In this document: positions 41,741 through 55,820 of the stretch, one piece after another
How the letters are laid out: each line of letters begins with the position of its first letter
Numbering within the stretch: the first letter of the stretch is position 1
Assembly (NCBI GenBank): GCA_964016885.1
Contig: OZ024752.1
Span: 6,262,001-6,326,000 of the forward strand
Direction of reading: 5' to 3'
Source of the DNA: Eledone cirrhosa
Lineage: Eukaryota
DNA length: 64,000 nt
Notes under the pieces: model-generated
What the model was told of the DNA's origin: nothing
Database searches by the model: none
The model's input: only the letters and a program-made list of their open reading frames with translations
Program-made: the position numbers and the translations under genes

Positions 41741-43211
41741 TGTGTCTATGTATACAATACATGTGTATCATCATCATCATCATCATCCTCGTTTAACGTC
41801 CACTTACCACGCTAGCATGGGTTAGACGGGAGTTGTCCCACTTGAGGCAAGGTTGGTTGGGTGACCGTGTCTCGCTCATATAGGACTATCTGGCAGGTTT
41901 TCTACGGCTGGATGCCCTTCTTAACACCAACCACATTTACAGTGTGTATATATATATATATTCACTATATTATATATCTATTATATACAGGGTACAGACA
42001 CTATTCTTTAGCAGTTTTCAACTGCTAATTTGTTGTATACCTTTTACTTATATGTTAGGTAATTCCGAAGAAAAAGCAAAGGACAAAAGAGTGCTCTATG
42101 TATAGAACAGAGCTATTTGATTGGAAAGTGAACAACACAATATATAACTAATCCATTACCAAAGGTTTTGGGATCCTAGACAATATTAATATATGTCCGG
42201 ATCGGTCATCAGACAGAGATGTTATCATTTCCTCTTTTTTACTTATGTTGTCGGTCCTTTTTTGCTTGTGGTTAGAATGTCTCAGGAAAAGATCACGGGG
42301 CTGATTTGACAGGCGACACTCAACGGCGGGGACCCAGGGGCTGAATAACATCCATTAACTTGGCTGGTCTCACTTGGGGATCCAGTTGGATCAATTGGAA
42401 ACAGTTGCTTCTAACAGGACCTGCTGGAAAGAGTGAGAACTCTACCCCTAGGACCCTCTCAGGAATACGTGGGAGAAGAAGGCTCAATATATATATATAT
42501 ATAAAAATTAAAAATGGCGTGCTGTGTTGTTACAAATGTGATATACAAATTAAAATGAAGAATTAGAAATAAGACTATCCATCATAGGTATTTCTTCGCA
42601 TTAAAGACCAGATACCTCAGGCTAGCGCGAACAATAACTAAATTAAGTTATTGGGATAAAAAGAATTGGGTGGAGAAAGAGAGACAGGTAAACAAACATG
42701 AAAGGTGAGGCAACGTAAAGAGAGGAAAACAATGAGAAAATCAAGTCAATGATTCATTTGAACATAAGAACTTGCGAATATTGATGAGAAGACGAGAGAC
42801 ACATCTTAACCGTGTGAAAGTAAGTGAGGAAAGAATTACGCACAGTGTGGGACAAGGGAGGAAGTGAGAGAGGGTGAGTAGCAGAGAGTGAGTGAGTGAA
42901 AGTGTGAGGAAGAGGCTAGCCGAGAGAGGGTGACTAGCAGAGGGGTGAATGAAAGTAAGGGGGAGGAGAGAGAAAGGATAGCAGTAAGGGAAGAGAAAAA
43001 GACAGGTCACAGCAAAGGGGAAAGCATATAGGAATGAAAAATGGCGTGCTGTGTTGTTGCAAATGTGATATACAAATTAAAATGAAGAATTAAAAATAGG
43101 ACTAGCCATCATAGGTATTTCTTTGCATTAAAGCTGGTCTTTAATGTGAAGAAATACCTATGATGGCTAGTCGTATTTCTAATTCTTCATATATATATAT
43201 ATTTATTTATT

Positions 43212-43532
43212 CATTCACGTCCGCTTTTTCCCTGCTTGCAAGGGTAGGACGGGAACTGATTCTGGCTTGATTTCTACAGCTGGATGCCCTTCCTAACACC
43301 AACCTCATTTACAGTGAGTGCTGGGTGCTTTTTTGCCGTGGCACCTCCACGACCACTTTGCAGTGGAATGATATGGACCCCAGTCCCTATCATCTCATTT
43401 CTACAGCTGAGTAAACTGAAGCAATGATAAAGTGTCTTGCTCAAGGAAACAACACATCACCCGGTCTGAGAATTGAACTCACAACCTTTCGATTGTAAGG
43501 CCAATGCTCTAACCACTAAGCCATGTGCCTCC
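43212..43532 (-). mobile_element. SINE family A, reverse
   Basis: Reverse-complement match to 41392-41740 with an internal deletion in the tail. Confidence 0.88.
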
Positions 43533-43858
43533 ATATATATATATATTTACAATCTGTTGTTATCAACTCTGTTATCAACTGTGATGATTCCAGCCTTGTG
43601 CTAGGGTGAAACGATTGTTAGTTATTATATGTTTGAAAGATTAAACATTCTTTGATTGTTATTTGCATTGTATTTCAGCTCAGTATTATATTTGTTACTT
43701 GCTGAGGTACCTGGGAGCGGGGGTATTCTAAATGCCAATAGCCGAAGCGTGGTGGACTCGATGCTTGGGTTAGCAGGGTTAAATATTAGAGGATGTAAAG
43801 TTGGAGTAATAATTTCTCAATGGTATCTATACTTATTGATGTAATCATAAGAACTTCT

Positions 43859-43898
43859 GCCTCTGAAGAGCCCTTCTGGGCGAAACACATGTAAGAGC
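43859..43898 (+). ncRNA. Minimal type I hammerhead ribozyme in Crk intron 2 (sense strand)
   Basis: GCCT-CTGAAGA-GCCC-TTCT-GGGC-GAA-AC-ACAT-GT-A-AGAGC: intact CUGANGA/GAAA/GUH core and a perfect 4-bp stem II. Confidence 0.75.
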
Positions 43899-44014
43899 TA
43901 TATAAAGATTTATTTTAATGGCTTGTAACTCCTTCATTCAATCATTCATTTGCTTTTATATATATATATATATATTTATTTATTTATTTATTAATATATC
44001 TTATTTGTTTTCAG

Positions 44015-44168
44015 AGAGGATTGCAAGATGAGTCACTATATAATCAACAGGTCTCTACAAGGTGGAGTAACAACATTTAAGATTGGTGATCATGAGTTCA
44101 ATAGTATGCCCAGTTTATTGGCCTTCTACAAAGCACATGTTCTAGACAGCACATGTTTAATAGCACCT
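44015..44168 (+). CDS. Crk: Crk exon 3 (SH2 C-half)
   Basis: tttcag|A...CCT|gtaagt; EDCKMSHYIINRSLQGGVTTFKIGDHEFNSMPSLLAFYKAHVLDSTCLIAP (cf. Crk SHYIIN, RIGDQEF, LLEFYKIHYLDTTTLIEP). Confidence 0.95.
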
Positions 44169-44544
44169 GTAAGTATCATCACCATCATCATTTAACGCCC
44201 ATTTTTCCACATTTGCATGGGTTAGACAGGTTGACATATTATGAGACAAGTCAGTCTAGAGACCAACATACACACAAGGATCTGTATTTCTACACCTGGA
44301 TGCACCAGGTTACGGTGTAAGTATGTGTGTGTGAAATAAAGCGTCTTGCTCAAGGACATAACACATCGACTAGTCTGGGAATCAAACTCACAACCTCAAG
44401 GTGGCGAATCCAACTTTCTAACTACTCAGCCACATGCCTGCACAGGAGTTGTGATCATGTGATCAGAAGATAGCATCAGCAATGGAAACATTGTTTCCTT
44501 GGTCCAGTTTGACGAGTTCCACCACCCCACTCAGTAAGGTCTGG

Positions 44545-47065
44545 GATTATTGACAAGACCCCAGGCCTTACTGAGGGATTATTGACAAGACCCCAGGCCT
44601 TACTGAGGGATTATTGACAAGACCCCAGGCCTTACTGAGGGATTATTGACAAGACCCCAGGCCTTACTGAGGGATAATTAACAAGACCCCAGGCCTTACT
44701 GAGGGATTATTGACAAGATCCCAGGCCTTACTGAGGGATAATTGACAAGACCCCAGGCCTTACTGAGGGATTATTGACAAGACCCCAGGCCTTACTGAGG
44801 GATAATTAACAAGACCCCAGGCCTTACTGAGGGATTATTGACAAGATCCCAGGCCTTACTGAGGGATTATTGACAAGACCCCAGGCCTTACTGAGGGATT
44901 ATTGACAAGACCCCAGGCCTTACTGAGGGATAATTAACAAGACCCCAGGCCTTACTGAGGGATTATTGACAAGATCCCAGGCCTTACTGAGGGATAATTG
45001 ACAAGACCCCAGGCCTTACTGAGGGATTATTGACAAGACCCCAGGCCTTACTGAGGGATAATTAACAAGACCCCAGGCCTTACTGAGGGATTATTGACAA
45101 GATCCCAGGCCTTACTGAGGGATAATTGACAAGACCCCAGGCCTTACTGAGGGATTATTGACAAGACCCCAGGCCTTACTGAGGGATAATTAACAAGACC
45201 CCAGGCCTTACTGAGGGATTATTGACAAGATCCCAGGCCTTACTGAGGGATTATTGACAAGACCCCAGGCCTTACTGAGGGATTATTGACAAGACCCCAG
45301 GCCTTACTGAGGGATAATTAACAAGACCCCAGGCCTTACTGAGGGATTATTGACAAGATCCCAGGCCTTACTGAGGGATAATTGACAAGACCCCAGGCCT
45401 TACTGAGGGATTATTGACAAGACCCCAGGCCTTACTGAGGGATAATTAACAAGACCCCAGGCCTTACTGAGGGATTATTGACAAGATCCCAGGCCTTACT
45501 GAGGGATAATTGACAAGACCCCAGGCCTTACTGAGGGATTATTGACAAGACCCCAGGCCTTACTGAGGGATAATTAACAAGACCCCAGGCCTTACTGAGG
45601 GATTATTGACAAGATCCCAGGCCTTACTGAGGGATTATTGACAAGACCCCAGGCCTTACTGAGGGATAATTGACAAGATCCCAGGCCTTACTGAGGGATT
45701 ATTGACAAGATCCCAGGCCTTACTGAGGGATTATTGACAAGACCCCAGGCCTTACTGAGGGATAATTGACAAGATCCCAGGCCTTACTGAGGGATAATTG
45801 ACAAGATCCCAGGCCTTACTGAGGGATTATTGACAAGATCCCAGGCCTTACTGAGGGATTATTGACAAGATCCCAGGCCTTACTGAGGGATTATTGACAA
45901 GATCCCAGGCCTTACTGAGGGATTATTGACAAGACCCCAGGCCTTACTGAGGGATTATTGACAAGATCCCAGGCCTTACTGAGGGATTATTGACAAGATC
46001 CCAGGCCTTACTGAGGGATTATTGACAAGATCCCAGGCCTTACTGAGGGATTATTGACAAGACCCCAGGCCTTACTGAGGGATTATTGACAAGATCCCAG
46101 GCCTTACTGAGGGATTATTGACAAGACCCCAGGCCTTACTGAGGGATAATTAACAAGACCCCAGGCCTTACTGAGGGATTATTGACAAGACCCCAGGCCT
46201 TACTGAGGGATTATTGACAAGATCCCAGGCCTTACTGAGGGATTATTGACAAGACCCCAGGCCTTACTGAGGGATAATTAACAAGACCCCAGGCCTTACT
46301 GAGGGATTATTGACAAGATCCCAGGCCTTACTGAGGGATAATTAACAAGACCCCAGGCCTTACTGAGGGATTATTGACAAGACCCCAGGCCTTACTGAGG
46401 GATTATTAACAAGATCCCAGGCCTTACTGAGGGATAATTAACAAGATCCCAGGCCTTACTGAGGGATAATTAACAAGATCCCAGGCCTTACTGAGGGATA
46501 ATTGACAAGACCCCAGGCCTTACTGAGGGATTATTAACAAGATCCCAGGCCTTACTGAGGGATAATTGACAAGACCCCAGGCCTTACTGAGGGATAATTG
46601 ACAAGATCCCAGGCCTTACTGAGGGATAATTGACAAGATCCCAGGCCTTACTGAGGGATAATTGACAAGACCCCAGGCCTTACTGAGGGATTATTGACAA
46701 GACCCCAGGCCTTACTGAGGGATTATTAACAAGATCCCAGGCCTTACTGAGGGATAATTAACAAGATCCCAGGCCTTACTGAGGGATAATTGACAAGACC
46801 CCAGGCCTTACTGAGGGATTATTAACAAGATCCCAGGCCTTACTGAGGGATAATTGACAAGACCCCAGGCCTTACTGAGGGATAATTGACAAGATCCCAG
46901 GCCTTACTGAGGGATAATTGACAAGATCCCAGGCCTTACTGAGGGATAATTGACAAGATCCCAGGCCTTACTGAGGGATAATTAACAAGATCCCAGGCCT
47001 TACTGAGGGATAATTAACAAGATCCCAGGCCTTACTGAGGGATAATTGACAAGATCCCAGGCCAT
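44545..47065. repeat. 32-bp minisatellite, ~79 copies
   Basis: Unit TTATTGACAAGACCCCAGGCCTTACTGAGGGA with recurring variant patterns. Confidence 0.96.
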
Positions 47066-48769
47066 ACTTACTGAGTAGTTATGTCTAAGATGGAATTGCA
47101 CACTGATAGATCCATTTACAGTAACCTGAGAAGACATTCTACTATATATAAAATAAAGTCTGTCTCAAACTGGCTCATCAGGCTGGTTCTTAACCTGGTT
47201 TCCATGGCATTAAGCAGCTGAGAGTACAAGACTTCCCCTGGACAGGATGCCAGTCCATCACAGGCTAAACCTCTAGTTATTACTGATACTCATTTACAGC
47301 TGAGTATACTGGAGCAACATGAAATGAAGTGTTTTGCTCAAGAACACAACCTAGTCTAGGAATTGAACTCACAATATGATCGTAAGTCCAACACCCTTAC
47401 CACTAGGCCACACACGTCCATATACACCATCTTAAAAAAATACTATCACTATCACCAAATGCTGACGATCTCAAATAAACACACCAAAATAATATCTTTT
47501 TTTACTCCTGTTTAGTCAGCACTGGTTGGACATTGTCCTTGATAGCTTTCAGGGTGTCTGAGACTGGTGGTTAGGAGAGATGAATATATCTTCAACTTGG
47601 AGACCTTGTTTGTATCTATACAACACTGGACTCCACTAAATGCACCAAAGGACCAGATGGTGATGTTAAACTAAGCAAACACACACACACATGCTACGGT
47701 GAAGATTTGGAAAACAATCCCTAAATACTTAATTTGAATTTCTTGGAATGAATATCTACACATGTAAAGTTGTGTGGCCTTGTGGTAAGGGTGTTGAACT
47801 TGGGTTTGTAAGGTTGTGGGTTCAGTTTGTGGACCAAGCAAGATGCTTCATTTTCTGTTGCTTTTCATGATAGAACCAGGAAATCCTTTTTGAGATACAA
47901 CCATGTAGGAGGCCAGCTAAACCACATAGGTGTGAGCTGTAACAGTAACATGATCGGACTGGGGCCCCTTTCATTAAAATACCCAAGGACCTTCCTATGA
48001 GGACAATCTTATAAGAGGGCAGTTAAATCTACTTAGGTGAGAGCTGCAAATTTCATTTTTTTTTTATTCAACATATACACAGCCACACGATACGCACAAC
48101 ATGTATGTATGTTCCCATAACTTCTGTTGGAGTCGTAGGGGCGCTGTAATCACATTCAGTGTTTCTTGGGTATTTTGAGCCTGGGCGAACCTGTCCTTTT
48201 CCAGGTCTGAACACAGCAGATTTTTTGTCCAGAGAAGGATTGAAAGTGAAAGAGAGAAAGATGTAGAGGAAGAATCAACCCCAGTACAGAACTGGTACTT
48301 TTTTTCTCAATCTCAAAAGGATGAAAGACAAAGTTGACTTCAGTGGGACTTTAACTCAGAGAGAAGAGAGCTGGAATTCCACAAATCATTCTTTCTAATG
48401 TTCTAATGACTCTTCCACCAAATACACATAAAGATTAATCACACTCGTACTGAAGTGACATATACACCCATTACATGAGTACCTATATATATATATATAT
48501 ATATATCATCATCATCGTTTAACGTCCATGTTCCACGCATATCTATATATATATATATATATATATATACCTACATACACACCTAAATATATATATATAT
48601 GCACACACAGACTCTCACATATTTACAAATCCCTGTACTATGTCTTTAAATGCAGGAATTCATGTTATACCATGTGGTGAAGCAACTCTGTAGAATTTAC
48701 AGCTTCTTTTGCCACATGAGCTACCAAGAGCCAACCAGTGATGCTGGCAATCAAATACTTGAACAATAA

Positions 48770-49215
48770 CACAAAATTAAGTGTGTCTGGTATTGTAACT
48801 CCCGGGCAGATGTCTCTCAACCTAAACAGAAAATTATGTTTAGTATTGTGACTCCATAATTATGTTTAGTATTGATCTCCAACCTAAACACAAAATTGTG
48901 ACTCCAGGGCCAGATGTCTCTGTCAACCTAAACACAAAAGTGTGTCTGGTATTGTAAATCCGGGCCAGACGTCTCCCGTCAACCTAAACATAAAATAGTG
49001 TCTGATATTGTGACTCCGGGCCAGATGTCTCCCGTCAACCTAAACACAAAAGTGTGTCTGGTATTGTAACTCCGGGCCAGATGTCTCCCGTCAACCTAAA
49101 CATAAAATAGTGTCTGATATTGTAACTCCAGGCCAGATGTTTCCCGTCAACTTAAACAAAATAGTGTCTGATATTGTGACTCCAGGCCAGACGTCTCCCG
49201 TCAACCTAAACACTC
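48770..49215. repeat. Diverged ~55-bp tandem repeat, ~7 copies
   Basis: Recurrent GTCAACCTAAACACAAAA...GTGTCTG.TATTGT.ACTCCGGGCCAGATGTCTCC. Confidence 0.8.
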
Positions 49216-49740
49216 AATTCTGTTTGATGGACTCTTCCCTGTGTCCGACACTCTTCACATACCAAGTCAGATCTAGTCACTTTCTCAGCAGCCTCCAATA
49301 ATTTCCTCGAAAAACGTTTCCTTTCTTTTGCAGTTTGTCCAAGGTTCTTGAGCAGCAAGTTAACCCTAGTTTTAACAAAGTACCTGCCATACAGGTATAC
49401 ATACCTGTATGTACATTTTAACCTATTTCTTATGGAGATATAATTAAATGTTTAGTAAGATGAAAACCTTTCTTTTTATTATATATAATATACAAGGGCA
49501 ATGGATGGGCAGTGGAATCGGTGGAGTGTCAGACGCCATGCTTTGTGGCATAGTTATGTTCCTTTACATTCTGAGTTCAAATCCCGCTGAGGTTAACTTT
49601 GTCTTTCATCCTTACGGGGTTGATAAAATAAAGTACCAGTAATGTATTGGGGTAATTGCTGGCCTTGTGCCAAAAGTAGAAACAATTATATATAATATAG
49701 TTTTCACATTTACTGATTATTCTAATCATTCTCTCTGCAG

Positions 49741-49785
49741 GCTCCTAGAATGAAAATCCGTGCTAAATATGATTTTGCTGGCACT
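49741..49785 (+). CDS. Crk: Crk exon 4 (start of N-terminal SH3)
   Basis: ctctgcag|GCT...ACT|gtaagt; APRMKIRAKYDFAGT. Confidence 0.92.
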
Positions 49786-49805
49786 GTAAGTATTATGTTT
49801 GTATA

Positions 49806-50355
49806 TCATCATCATTGTCGTTTTATGTCCATTCTTCCACTCTAGCATGGGTTAGGTGGGCTCTCCTGTTGTGGGCAGTGCCAGGTCAGGTGACCATGTC
49901 TTGCTCATACCGGAACTGATTCTGGCTTGATTTCTACAGCTGGATGCCCTTCCTAACACCAACCTCATTTACAGTGAGTACAGGGTGCTTTTTATGGTGA
50001 AACCTACACGACCACTTTACAGTGAGGACTGGGTGGGAGCATACTGTCTATATGCTTCAGCTTCGGCTTGTACCCGTGGGAAGTCGGGTCTTCAGTATTA
50101 CTGCATAACGCCAGAGTTCTCAGTCGTGTGTCATCACCTTTGAGAGGTGCAATTGGGCAAGGTGAGCTTTTATCACCTCATCACAGGTCTTCTTGGGTCT
50201 CCCCACTCCAAGGCTTCCATCGACTTTTAGTGTTCTGCATCTTTTTATGCAGCTGCCATCCTTCATACACATCACATGACCATACTAACGTAATCTCTCC
50301 TTCACACAGCATTTGATTCCTCTTATGCTTAGTCTTTCTCTCAATTCGTTTATGC
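49806..50355 (-). mobile_element. RTE LINE 3' fragment (ORF end plus tail), reverse
   Basis: Reverse-complement homology to 20840-21440, including the same ORF-end/tail junction. Confidence 0.88.
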
Positions 50356-51794
50356 ATATATATATATATATCTTCTTCACCCATATATTTCTGGGTGGGT
50401 TGTGGTGGCAGTGCTCAGTTACTCCTTCCAGCGGGTACCTTCAGAAGCAACCATCTCTAATTGATCCGCCTAGATCCCAAAGTGAGACCAGCTGAGCTCA
50501 TGAATGTTATCCAATCATCTTGCTCGGTGTTTGCCCCTGAGTCTCTTGCCAGTTCGTTTTGCCCATAAAATTTGTCCATGTTTGAAATGTGACAGAGAGG
50601 TTGTCCGCATTGAGAGACAAACCTGGTCAGGATTGATTGGCCAGGCCATACCTTGCTCGGGACTGTATGGGATTGTAAATGTGGCCAGGCTTTTACAGCT
50701 GGATGCCCTTCCTAACACCAACCATCATCATTCTATGTCCATTTTTCCATGCTGATGGATCCTCACTGACCAAGTTAGTACTTAACCAGAATTACTGCCC
50801 TCGTAGGTATGCCAGAGGCCACACCTTGCTTACATACTTTCCTGTTTGGGCATGGTTTTTAAAGCTGGATACACCTCCTAAAACCAACCATTTTACAGAG
50901 TGTACTAGGTACATTTTGTCGTGGCAACAACACTAGGGAGGTTTTCATATACCTGACATAACTAAAGAGTCCTCTCAACTCTTGTTTAGCAAGGTATCCA
51001 TGGTTGGGGGCCCTTCCTAAGGCCAACCAGTCTACAGTTGAAAAGATAGTGTCTGATGTCACAGAGCAGCAGTTTCTCTCTAGTGAGGTAATGTGGTTGT
51101 GTTGATGTTGTACAGTAAGGTAATGTGGTTGTGTATACCTAGGTAGTAGTGGTGTTGTATAGTGAGGTAATGTGGTTGTGTATACATAGGTAGTAGTTAG
51201 TGTTGTACTCAAACACACACTCACTCACAAACTCACACATACATTCACAAACTCACACATACACTCACTCAAAACTCACACCCACATTCACAAACTCACA
51301 CACACACACACACTCGCTCACAAACTCACACATTCACAAACACACACACACATACACTCACACACACATCACCATTACCACCACTACCATCATCATCATC
51401 ATCATCATCATCATTGTTTTTCTGATATAATCTCTAATAACAATTAGTTCTAGATAAGTTATTCTAACAAGAACTTTGAACATGTCAAGGAGTTTGATAT
51501 TTTATAATTGACAAAAGTTTCCTTCATTTCACAGTCAACCTTAGTTTTTCTATTATATTGTCTGTGGCAAAATGGAGAAACTTGTCAGTTACAACAGATG
51601 TGACCTATATAGTGTGTAAAGTGTCATCATCATCATTTTACATCTGCTTTTCCCTGTTTGCAAGGGTGAGACGCGTCCTTCTGCTTTTCCCTGTTTGCAA
51701 AGGTTGAACAGGTCATCTTCAGCACAGCATCTCTCCATTTGTCACAGTCCTTGTGTATATATAATTATATATATATATAATACACACACACACA

Positions 51795-51998
51795 CAGTCC
51801 ACCAAAAAACATGTATACACACTTGAGGTAAAGAAAAACTTGTATAAAGATTTAACTTGTTTAAATACTTCTATAAATATAAAACCTCTTTTGAAAGTTT
51901 GATCAAATTACAATAAAACCGTATTGTAGTAAATTAGTATTAAAATATTTATATAAGTCCTTCTTATAAGTGTGTATACATTTTATTGGCAGACTCTG
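51795..51998. mobile_element. MITE, Tc1/mariner type
   Basis: Imperfect TIR CAGTCCACCAAAAAACATGTATACACACT / AGTGTGTATACATTTTATTGGCAGACTCTG(TA). Confidence 0.6.
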
Positions 51999-52028
51999 TA
52001 ACTCAAGTAACTATAGTTTATCAATATA

Positions 52029-52204
52029 CAGTAAAATTTCGTTATAACGAAATTCACAGGGTATAAAATAAAATTTGTTGTAACGAAAAATTCTTTATAA
52101 CGAGATTGATCCAACACATCGAGCGTGTGGCCAGGGATTGAAAAAAATTTCATTATACTGAAAAATTTGTTATAATGGTATTCATTATAACGGAATTTTA
52201 CTTG
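52029..52204. mobile_element. MITE, pogo/Tigger type
   Basis: TA-CAGTAAAATTTCGTTATAACGAA ... TTCATTATAACGGAATTTTACTTG-TA, with internal TTATAAC subrepeats. Confidence 0.7.
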
Positions 52205-52419
52205 TAGAATGTTTTATAACAAGGTTTTTAAGGCCTTACAATTCCCACAATAGGTGCCCTAATCAACACGGAGTCCTTTTCAAGGCAGTTTTACAACTAG
52301 ATGCCATCCTTCATGCCAGTCCTTTTAGGTGTCTCGACATAGAGATATGGTGTACTTAATTCTAAACTGAAGGCTGGGATTCAGTGCAGCTGTCCCTCAC
52401 CTGATACAGGTACACAGTG

Positions 52420-53070
52420 CACTTCTTCTAACCCTGATACAGGTACATGCAGGTACACAGTGCACTTCTTCTAACCCTGATACAGGTACATGCAGGTACA
52501 CAGTGCACTTCTTCTAACCCTGATACAGGTACATGCAGGTACACAGTGCACTTCTTCTAACCCTGATACAGGTACATGCAGGTACACAGTGCACTTCTTC
52601 TAACCCTGATACAGGTACATGTAGGTACACAGTGCACTTCTTCTAACCCTGATACAGGTACATGCAGGTACACAGTGCACTTCTTCTAACCCTGATACAG
52701 GTACATGCAGGTACACAGTTCACTTCTTCTAACCCTGATGCAGGTACACAGTGCACTTCTTCTAACCCTGATACAGGTACATGCAGGTACACAGTGCACT
52801 TCTTCTAACCCTGATACAGGTACATGCAGGTACACAGTGCACTTCTTCTAACCCTGATACAGGTACATGCAGGTACACAGTGCACTTCTTCTAACCCTGA
52901 TACAGGTACATGCAGGTACACAGTGCACTTCTTCTAACCCTGATACAGGTACATGCAGGTATTCAGTGCACCTTTTCTAACCCTCATGCAGGTACACAGT
53001 GCACTTCTTCTAACCCTGATACAGGTACATGCAGGTACACAGTGCACTTCTTCTAACCCTGATACAGGTA
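52420..53070. repeat. 43-bp minisatellite, ~15 copies
   Basis: Unit CCCTGATACAGGTACATGCAGGTACACAGTGCACTTCTTCTAA. Confidence 0.94.
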
Positions 53071-53166
53071 TATAATGACTCTATTCTGAACTAGATACAT
53101 ACAATTTATATTATTACTGTAGTAATTAATATTTTTGTGAAGTAAAATTCTAATTTGATTCATTGA

Positions 53167-53706
<540 letters not shown>

Positions 53707-53939
53707 CACAACAAATAAGTATCGCAATAACTGCGTAAACAGCAATAACACTAACCATGTTAGGGCTGGGCATGGTAGTAGGGTGGCTAGTGTGGCCATG
53801 TGCGACCACCCCCCCGATTGTCATCAAGCAATCAAGAATATCTTTCTCAATTTACTCAATGTTTTATTTCCTTCATTTATTTAAATTTTCTTCCATTTTC
53901 TGATGAAATAACTGATTTAACCTTTTAGCATTTACATTA

Positions 53940-55820
53940 CTCTATCACTGAATCTGCAAACCATGAAGTGATTGCCATTGGTGTACCAGAAGACATAGTT
54001 GATCTTCAGGCATTTGCTGCCAGTTCATCCAAAGACTTGGGCTGTGCTCCCGCAAAGGGTGCTCTACGCCTTGGCCGACCAGGCCCGAAACCCAGGCTAA
54101 TTAGACTGTCGTTTTCAAACTCAACTGAGGCACGTTCATACCTTGTAGCCTCTGATAAAGCTAGGCGTGAAAGTCGGATTGCTTTCCGAACACGCCCTGG
54201 TCTTCCACCTGATGTCTGCCCAAAGTTGCGTGCTGCAGCTTCTTTAAACCGCAGCTTGGCAGAACATGAAAGCTTCAGCCTACGAGATGATGGGCAGATA
54301 TGGAAGTTTGTTAAGGCTGGCGAAACATGGAAAGGAGACACCAGCTGGTCTGAAAACACTGTACCCACAACAACTGACAATAAAGAAACTGAAAAAACTC
54401 AGGGAAACTAAATCAGAACAACCTGCCATCCCTTGCACATAATCATAGACTGGAATCAAGGTACAAATTGTTGTCCTTGAATTCACATAGTCTATGCAAT
54501 AAGATACATCTTTTTGACTCCTACATCAAAAGTATCAACCCTGACTTCATTACAGTCACGGAAACTTGGGCACATCCCTTACTCTATGATGGGGTTTTCA
54601 GCATGACTGGCTACAACCTGTTTCGTAAACACCGCATTAATCGTGGTGGTGGTGGTGTAATAGTCTACGTTCGGTCAAATCTGTCGGCAATTCCTTGTGT
54701 TGATTTGAACCAATCACAGCAGGAAGTTTTTTTCTACAATATACGTATAACACTGCTACTTGGAGTCGTTTACCGTCCCCCAAATTACCATCAGGACACT
54801 CAGCTTTATGATATCCTCAGAGCTGCTGCCAGGAAGACAGCCACTTATGTTTTCATTGCAGGAGACTTCAATCACCCTGAGATTGACTGGGAAACCTTTC
54901 GTTGGCCGCCAAGTGCAAATGACTTCCTTGAGCTGGTGCTGGACTCGAGTTGGTCCCAGGTGGTCACCTCCCCAGCAAGAGGTGACAACACTTTGGACCT
55001 ACTCTTCACCACTACTCCTGAAACGGTCATTAGTGTTACTGCTGAGGAACCTTTAGGTGACTCTGATCATGCTATGATCATTGCCAATCTATCCCTCATG
55101 GGCAGTAACAAGAACCACAACCATCTCCAAACTGCTCACTTTGACTGGAATAAAGCAGACTGGAACTGTTACTGCACCGAGTTGCAACGGCCAAACTGGC
55201 TTGAGTTCTACGACTCTGGAGATGTCAACACTGTACTCCAGAACATCCTGAGCTCAATATGGACAGCATGTGCAGCATTGGGGCCACGTAAGCGGAAAAA
55301 ACATCCCAAAAGCGCAATTTGGGAGACTGCAGCAGTCTGTCTTGCCAGAAAAGAACGGCGCAATGCTGAACGTGAGTACAAACTTCACAAATCAGACATT
55401 AATAGGAAGAGGCGAAATAGATCGTCCAACCACCTCAAACAGGTGACAAAAAAAGGCAGTGCTCCAATTTGAGCAGCGCATAGCAACCAGCCCTGACAGT
55501 GAGGTGTTCTGGAAGTATGTTCACTCAAAGCAGAGGCCTCACTCTCCAGTTGGTCCTCTTCGCAATTCCCACACAAGCCAGGTTACTGACGACCCCAAGG
55601 AATGCGCAGAGCTCATTGCTGAATGTTATGCAGGCATTTTCACTATTGAAGAGCAGAGTGTACCATCTCCACCACCTATGACACCGGACTCTATTACAAC
55701 CATGGAATTTACACCTGCAATGCTGCGACGTCACCTAAAAAATAAACGCAACCATGCCTCTCCTGGTCTTGATGGTGTTACGTACCTGCTTCTTAAACGT
55801 GGTGGGTACTTCCTTCTGGG
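53940..55820 (+). mobile_element. CR1-group LINE: probable ORF1 C-terminus, ORF2 AP endonuclease and linker; truncated at the start of the RT
   Basis: ORF 54468-55472 has ITVTETW, GGGVIVYV, GVVYRPP, IAGDFNHPEIDW, LDLLFT, LGDSDH and NKADW. After a frameshift it continues FWKYV...SPGLDGV..LLLK. ORF 53968-54411 has RLGRP..KPRLI, as in CR1-type ORF1. Confidence 0.9.

Noticed and set aside
43656-43844. Possible GIY-YIG endonuclease C-terminus before the hammerhead
   Set aside because: The resemblance (GLNIRG...LYLL*) is too weak to call without a profile search.
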